A DNA stretch of 64,000 bases from an uncultured bacterium (GTDB lineage: Bacteria; Abyssobacteria; SURF-5): assembly GCA_964607485.1 (NCBI GenBank), contig CAZSKP010000012.1, forward strand, positions 57,142 through 121,141. The letters run 5' to 3'. A model generated the notes under the pieces. The model saw only the letters and a list, made by a program, of their open reading frames with translations, did not search any database and was not told where the DNA came from. Position numbers and translations under genes: made by a program. Of the stretch, positions 58,751-64,000 are shown piece after piece (the stretch's first letter is position 1; each line of letters opens with the position of its first letter).

Positions 58751-60127
58751 CTAGATGATGGATTTGCCGATCATGTTGTCAGGAATGTCAATGTCGAAAT
58801 ATTTCAGCACCGATGGGGCGATATCGTATATGGAATAGGTTTTCGGGCCGCCGGGCTTTTCCCCGGGGATGTGCCAGATGAAGATGCCCTCCTCGGCATG
58901 GTTGGCGTCGTCGGGGCCGGTATCGTTCTCGTACATGTACACCGAACCCACGCCGACCGATCCGGCCGAGCGCCAGTCGAGGTTGCCCAGGTACACGATG
59001 AGGTCGGGCGGGATGTTGTTCGTGACCCGGTACACCTCCTCGGGCTTGAAGACCTTGGTGTTGATGCACCTTCCGTTTTCGTCCTCGATGGCTTCAAGGC
59101 GCGCCTTGAGTTCGTCGCGGGCGGTCTCGTACTGTTCTTTGGGTATGACTCCATCGGGCTCGCGGCCCTGAACGTTCATGAAGATGCGGCTGTAGTATCC
59201 CCCCTCACCCCATACCTTTGTCTTGCTCCAATCGACCATGTCAACCTTGAATCTCTTTCGCTCGCTCGGGCGTTCCTTGAGCGTAAGGTAGCCCTCGCGC
59301 TGAAGCCACTCGTTTATGCATATCGCTCCGACCATCGTCTTTGCGCCGTGGTCGGAGACGACCATGACCGACGTGTCGGACGGCAGCGCGTCGAGCGTCC
59401 TCCCAATCTCGGCGTCGAGGCTCACGTAGTAATCGTGTATCACGTTCTCGTACTTGTTGCCGGGCTCATACAGCCGGTGGTTCTTGTCGGAGTAGCGCCA
59501 GAACCCGTGGTGTATGCGGTCGATGCCCATCTCGACCATGATTGCGAAGTCGTACGAATCCTTCTGAAGGAAGTGTCGAAACGCCTTGAAGCGGCGCTCG
59601 GTCATCACGTAGATGGCGCTCAGAAGCTCGTCCTTGCGGTCGGTTCGGAAGTTCTCGACGTCTATGATGTAATTGCCGTCGGCGACCTGGTCGAGCTCGG
59701 CCTTGACCTCGTCGGGATACGTGAACGAGACGTCCTTGCCGGGAGTGAGGAAGCTGGCAACGAGCATGCCGTTGAGCGGCTTGGGCGGATATGTCTGCGG
59801 CACGCCGAAGACCAGTGAACGCATCCGGTTGCGGGAGAGATGGTTCCACAGCGTCTTCGCCTTGACATACTTGGCGTTGGCGAAATACAGGTCTTCGTAG
59901 CCGTAGCTGCGGCGGTTGCGGAAGCCGTAGAAGCCGAGCATGCCCGGGTCGTGCGAGGTCATCATCGACGTCCACGCGGGCACGGTGATGGGCGGCAGGG
60001 TCGATTTGAGCGGCCCATGAAGCCCGTCGCCGACCAGACGCTTTATGTTCGGCAGGTCGCTTATCCACTTGTCGAAAACGAGGCTCGGCTCGGCGCAGTC
60101 GAGCCCCAGTATCACCAATTTTCCCAA
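58751..60127 (-). CDS. Alkaline phosphatase/NPP-superfamily protein, cytoplasmic
   Basis: GLDC, PPITVPAW (Thr nucleophile), DRIHH, SDHG, ANH; AGGAG + TTG start. Confidence 0.88.
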   Translation of the reverse strand: MGKLVILGLDCAEPSLVFDKWISDLPNIKRLVGDGLHGPLKSTLPPITVPAWTSMMTSHDPGMLGFYGFRNRRSYGYEDLYFANAKYVKAKTLWNHLSRNRMRSLVFGVPQTYPPKPLNGMLVASFLTPGKDVSFTYPDEVKAELDQVADGNYIIDVENFRTDRKDELLSAIYVMTERRFKAFRHFLQKDSYDFAIMVEMGIDRIHHGFWRYSDKNHRLYEPGNKYENVIHDYYVSLDAEIGRTLDALPSDTSVMVVSDHGAKTMVGAICINEWLQREGYLTLKERPSERKRFKVDMVDWSKTKVWGEGGYYSRIFMNVQGREPDGVIPKEQYETARDELKARLEAIEDENGRCINTKVFKPEEVYRVTNNIPPDLIVYLGNLDWRSAGSVGVGSVYMYENDTGPDDANHAEEGIFIWHIPGEKPGGPKTYSIYDIAPSVLKYFDIDIPDNMIGKSII

Positions 60128-60138
60128 AGAATCGGCTC

Positions 60139-61293
60139 CTATTCTCCGTTGCGGAAAGCCTTGAGCAGGATTTCGGCCACCTCAGGCCTTGTGAACTCCG
60201 GCGGCGGCGTCTGGCCGCGTCGGAGCATTTCGCGCACCTTCGTTCCGCTGAAGACGATGTGGTCGCGCGAGCTGTGCGGACACGTTTTCATCGAGGCCAT
60301 ACTGTCGCATGTATTGCAATAGAACGCGTTATCGAAAAACAGCGGGGTGATCCCGATTTCGTCCGGCTCGAATTCGCGGAAGATATGGTGCGCGTCGTAA
60401 GCCCCGTAATACGAGCCGACGCCCGCATGGTCCCTGCCCACGATGAAGTGGGTGCATCCGTAGTTCTTCCTGATGATGGCGTGGAATATCGCTTCCCTGG
60501 GGCCGGCATAACGCATCGCGGCCGGGAAGACGGACAGCGCGACCCGCGTTCTCGGATAATATTTTTCCAGCAACGCCTCGTAACATTTCATCCGCACTTC
60601 CGGCGAAATATCATCATCCTTGGTCGCTCCGACGAGCGGATGAATGAGGATGGCATCGACGATTTCGAGCGCGCATTTTTGGAGATATTCGTGGGCGCGA
60701 TGAATCGGATTACGCGTCTGGAAGGCCGCTACCTGACGCCAGCCCTTCGCCTTGAAGAGCACGCGCATTTCCTTCGGGTCGAGCCTGTAGTTGTTCAGGA
60801 CTTTGTGTTTCGGACGGTTGATGAGACTCACCTTCCCGCCCAGGTACACGTCGCCGAGGCTCTGAAGGTACTGGTTGCCCGGGTGCGCGACGTCGGCTGT
60901 TCGCAGAACGGTCAGCGCCTCGTGCTGCTTGTCAACCTCGAACTTGTCCTCGAGATGGAGAACGCCCAGGAGACCGTCGCTTTCGTCCAGCAGGGCGACC
61001 TCGCCGCCGACCTCGTACTCATCTCCCCTCCCCTGCTTGATGGAAAGGGTGACGGGGATGGTCCAGGGCAACCCCTTCGACAGCCTCATGAGGTCGAGGA
61101 CGCTGACGTAGTCCTCTCTCGTCATGAAGCCCTCGAGCGGGCTCATGGCGCCGGTGGCGATCATCTCGAGGTCGCAAACTTCCCGGGCGTTGAGCACGAC
61201 GGCGGGCATGTGCGACGCTCGTTTTTCCAGAGCCTCGCGCTCCTGTCCCTCCGCGGTTCGATTCACGAGTTGTCCGCCGTGCGGCTTAATCAT
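60139..61293 (-). CDS. sat: Sulfate adenylyltransferase (homo-oligomeric Sat type)
   Basis: PHGG, SPLEGFM, AFQTRNPIHRAHE, MRYAGPREA, GRDHAG, SGTKVR. Confidence 0.95.
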   Translation of the reverse strand: MIKPHGGQLVNRTAEGQEREALEKRASHMPAVVLNAREVCDLEMIATGAMSPLEGFMTREDYVSVLDLMRLSKGLPWTIPVTLSIKQGRGDEYEVGGEVALLDESDGLLGVLHLEDKFEVDKQHEALTVLRTADVAHPGNQYLQSLGDVYLGGKVSLINRPKHKVLNNYRLDPKEMRVLFKAKGWRQVAAFQTRNPIHRAHEYLQKCALEIVDAILIHPLVGATKDDDISPEVRMKCYEALLEKYYPRTRVALSVFPAAMRYAGPREAIFHAIIRKNYGCTHFIVGRDHAGVGSYYGAYDAHHIFREFEPDEIGITPLFFDNAFYCNTCDSMASMKTCPHSSRDHIVFSGTKVREMLRRGQTPPPEFTRPEVAEILLKAFRNGE

Positions 61294-61356
61294 ATAGAAA
61301 GACCGTGTTCGCAAACAGAGTTATCGTATCTTCTTCCTAACTCAAGATAACATATT

Positions 61357-61386
61357 ATTTTACTTGCATTAGGCTTGCCGTGTCAA
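61357..61386 (-). promoter_or_regulatory. Sigma70-type promoter for the sat operon
   Basis: TTGACA, 18-nt spacer, TAAAAT. Confidence 0.7.
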
Positions 61387-61544
61387 GCTTGCTTCGAGTG
61401 ACAAGCGGGCGGAGGTGAAAGGCATGAATCCGCAGCGGAAAACGCATTGGAGGGTCGAGTCGATTGCAGGTCGCTGGGTGTGCCTGAAGCACGGCCTCGA
61501 CGGGCGGCCTTGCGCTGCCCTGAAAGACTCGTGTTGCCGAATCG

Positions 61545-62747
61545 TCATCCGAAAAAGAGCGACCTCCTTTTTTTCAGTGCCGAATCCACCATCTCCTGTA
61601 TTGTATTCCGAAGCTGTCTGTTGAGCCGATTGATTATGACATTGTCCTTGAGGGCAGAGTCGTCGTACTTGTCGTACCTGATTATCTCTCCGAATTGAAT
61701 GTACCATTTCGTGGGCATCGGAATGACCCCGAGCGGCCCGAGCCATGGAAACGTGGGCGTGATCGGAAGCAGCGGCAGCCCCACTATCTTGCCCAGCCAG
61801 TTTGCGTAGCCGAGCACGATGTAAATCTCTTCAGCGCCCACGACCGCGCACGGAACCACGGGGGAGCGTGTCCTGATGGCGAGTCGAACGACGCCGCCTC
61901 GGCCGAAGCGGGCGACATTGTAACGATTCTTGAAGCCCTTCGCCATCCCCTTTATGCCTTCGGGAAAAACGCCGACGAGTTGTTCCTGGTTCAGCAGCCT
62001 CTGGGCATTTTCCTGGCATGCCCTGACCTGGCCGACCGCATTCATGAATTCCGTCGCGAACGGAAGCTGGCCGAACCAGTCCTCGATCAGAAAGCGGGCA
62101 TAGCGCCGGGCGGGATGAAACTTCCATATGGCGGTGGCCATCATGGCGCCGTCGAAGGGCAAAACACCGGAATGGTTGGAGACGATGAGAGTGCGTCCCT
62201 CGTTTGGAATGTTTTCGAGCCCCGTGGTGTCCACCCTCCAATATTTTTCGTACAGGAACGTCATGAACGACTCGAACTTGGTCTCGATATCGGGGACTTT
62301 GCCGAATTCGTCCATACGCTCCAACGTATCAATCAGTTCTTCATAATCTCCCGGCCCGGCGCCCGACAGAAACGACAGCACTCGTCCTATAATGCCTCTT
62401 TGTCGGCCTCTGGTTTTCCGAGACTTGGAGGCCGCCGAGCGCCTAATCTTCTTGACCGACACTCCGAGGTCGTCATCGCTCGAGCTGTCTTTCGATTCCT
62501 GGCTTTCCGAAACCTTGGCGGACCGCCTTTTCCTGGTCGATTTCCTCCGCTCGTCAAGCCTGCTTTCGAGCTTTGCAAGCCTTTCCTCGACCCGCTTCTC
62601 GATCTGCTCCGTCATATCGTCTGTGCCCGTCGCGGCACGTGACGATGTGGCGGCCGAGTTGTTCTTGCCGGGCCTTCGAGCTTTCCGGCCCTCGCCGTCG
62701 GATGAATTTCCGTTGGACTTAGTTTGTTTCTCGATTTCTGTTGTCAT
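61545..62747 (-). CDS. PlsC-like lysophospholipid acyltransferase with low-complexity N-terminal extension
   Basis: NHSGVLPFD (HX4D), FPEG, PCAVVGAEE. Confidence 0.88.
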   Translation of the reverse strand: MTTEIEKQTKSNGNSSDGEGRKARRPGKNNSAATSSRAATGTDDMTEQIEKRVEERLAKLESRLDERRKSTRKRRSAKVSESQESKDSSSDDDLGVSVKKIRRSAASKSRKTRGRQRGIIGRVLSFLSGAGPGDYEELIDTLERMDEFGKVPDIETKFESFMTFLYEKYWRVDTTGLENIPNEGRTLIVSNHSGVLPFDGAMMATAIWKFHPARRYARFLIEDWFGQLPFATEFMNAVGQVRACQENAQRLLNQEQLVGVFPEGIKGMAKGFKNRYNVARFGRGGVVRLAIRTRSPVVPCAVVGAEEIYIVLGYANWLGKIVGLPLLPITPTFPWLGPLGVIPMPTKWYIQFGEIIRYDKYDDSALKDNVIINRLNRQLRNTIQEMVDSALKKRRSLFFG

Positions 62748-62788
62748 GAAGGACCTCGTCTCAATTTTCCCCTCGTGGCAGCCGCCGA

Positions 62789-63877
62789 CTACTCCGCAGT
62801 GGAAACGCCCGCCATCTCCTCTGCCATCTCTTCGTTGGGCTCTTCCCCTTCCACCGGACGACCCACGCGGCCGAGGCGCTTGACCTCAAGGAATTCCTCG
62901 AGGGCCTCCCACGCGGCCTTCTTTGCCTCGAACCCCATTACCTCTCTTGCTCTCGCGCCGTCGGCCAGGCAGTGATATTTCAGAAAGTCGAGATGTTCGG
63001 GCGGAAACGGCCCCAGCTTGGCGATCCACAGGGCTCTGAAAAGGTTCTCGGCCACAGGGGTCGGCAACGGAAGCCGGGTCTTGTTGGCGAGCCTGAATAT
63101 CATGCTCAGGGGAATCACCCGTTTGCCCACGATGTTGAACACGCCGGGAAAATCTTCGTCCACGGCCAGCTTGAAGGCGTCTATCACATCCTGCTCGGAG
63201 ATGAACTGTACCAGTGGATTGTATGCGAGAACCGCCGGGCAAACAGGCATCGAGAGATAATGCGTCCAGCAGTTTTCCACCGTCGGCCCCATGATGGAAC
63301 AGTGTCTCAGCACCGTGACGAGGGTTTCGGGATTGTCCTTCCAGAAACGCAGCAATTGTCGCTCGACCTCGACCTTGTCCAACTGAAATTCGTAATCCAT
63401 CCGCGGCCGCGGCTGGTGATTCTCGGTCATATAATGAGGATTATCGAAATGAGCGCCGTATACCAACGTGCGGCTGCCCACCACTATCTTGCGCACGGGC
63501 GATTCAGAGCACGCGGACAGCGTGTGCATGGTCCCGATCGAATTCACTTCGTGCGCATACGTCGTGTCCTCGATGGGCCTTTGATAGAATCCGGTGTGCA
63601 CAACGATGTCGGGTTTTTCTTCGTTCAGTATTTCAAGCATCATTTCGTCGGCGCGGGGATGGGTGAGGTCCACTTTGTAGAATTTCGTTTTCAGGAGCTT
63701 GTAGGGCGGCCTCTCAAGGTCCACCGCAACCAGTCGCTCATAGCGTGCATCCGCTTTCAACCGTTTGAGCAAATTGCTGCCCACGAACCCCGCTGCCCCG
63801 GTCAGCAGAACGCGCCGGCCTCCCGAGGTTTCTCCGGATTCGTTTTTGCGTGATGACTTTTTTGCCCCCTTACCCAT
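62789..63877 (-). CDS. NAD-dependent epimerase/dehydratase (extended SDR)
   Basis: LTGAAGFVG, VNSIGT, VYGA, QFISEQD. Confidence 0.85.
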   Translation of the reverse strand: MGKGAKKSSRKNESGETSGGRRVLLTGAAGFVGSNLLKRLKADARYERLVAVDLERPPYKLLKTKFYKVDLTHPRADEMMLEILNEEKPDIVVHTGFYQRPIEDTTYAHEVNSIGTMHTLSACSESPVRKIVVGSRTLVYGAHFDNPHYMTENHQPRPRMDYEFQLDKVEVERQLLRFWKDNPETLVTVLRHCSIMGPTVENCWTHYLSMPVCPAVLAYNPLVQFISEQDVIDAFKLAVDEDFPGVFNIVGKRVIPLSMIFRLANKTRLPLPTPVAENLFRALWIAKLGPFPPEHLDFLKYHCLADGARAREVMGFEAKKAAWEALEEFLEVKRLGRVGRPVEGEEPNEEMAEEMAGVSTAE

Positions 63878-64000
63878 TTTCCGCTCCGCTCTTTGCCGCT
63901 TTTGTATTCGGTTTATGTGTCAATTACTTTGCCATTTTTGTGAACCGATGTCAAGAGGGACCGTCTCTTGGGGGGTATGGCAGTGCGGATGGTATCTCTA

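Noticed and set aside
52561-60127. Calling the four AP proteins formylglycine sulfatases
   Set aside because: No C/SxPxR motif; they have NPP-type Ser/Thr nucleophile and DxxxH/SDHG motifs, and no maturase is adjacent.
58129-61293. sat/cysC as dissimilatory or assimilatory sulfate reduction
   Set aside because: No aprAB, qmo, dsr, cysH or sulfite reductase in the window; such a role cannot be excluded genome-wide.

Overview
A GC-rich window from a diderm bacterium, inferred from an outer-membrane beta-barrel and OPX/Wzc export genes; CooC paralogues and cobalamin radical-SAM enzymes suggest an anaerobe. Layout: (1) 0.4-29.9 kb, a co-directional Wzx/Wzy-type surface polysaccharide locus with a beta-barrel + short OPX + Wzc export module, 7 GT4 glycosyltransferases, a flippase, two Wzy_C/ligase-family proteins, a priming sugar transferase and many tailoring enzymes (3 B12-binding radical SAM, 2 SAM methyltransferases, 2 deacetylases, a GNAT, a PLP aminotransferase). 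(2) 30-37 kb, EamA transporter, GH4 glycosidase and a DUF5752-treT-otsB-otsA trehalose operon with a sigma54/IHF-type promoter. (3) 37-51 kb, acyl-CoA synthetase alpha-like gene, two cooC paralogues, a 38-aa membrane peptide missed by the ORF track, a degenerate HD-GYP protein, PduO, fatty-acyl oxidation genes, a GT-C/TPR protein and GH51. (4) 51.4-61.3 kb, the most unusual part: an operon where ATP sulfurylase and APS kinase (PAPS synthesis) are interleaved with four alkaline-phosphatase/NPP-superfamily paralogues of different predicted localisation, a 63-aa protein sharing a C-terminal 'LxxLGYI' tail with the APS kinase, and a DUF106/Oxa1-like membrane protein, with no canonical sulfotransferase or sulfate-reduction gene. 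This is a candidate novel sulfate-transfer relay. (5) 61.5-63.9 kb, an epimerase/acyltransferase pair. Several REP-like palindromes are present. I saw no rRNA, tRNA, CRISPR array or transposase. All family calls come from motif recognition by eye, not database searches.
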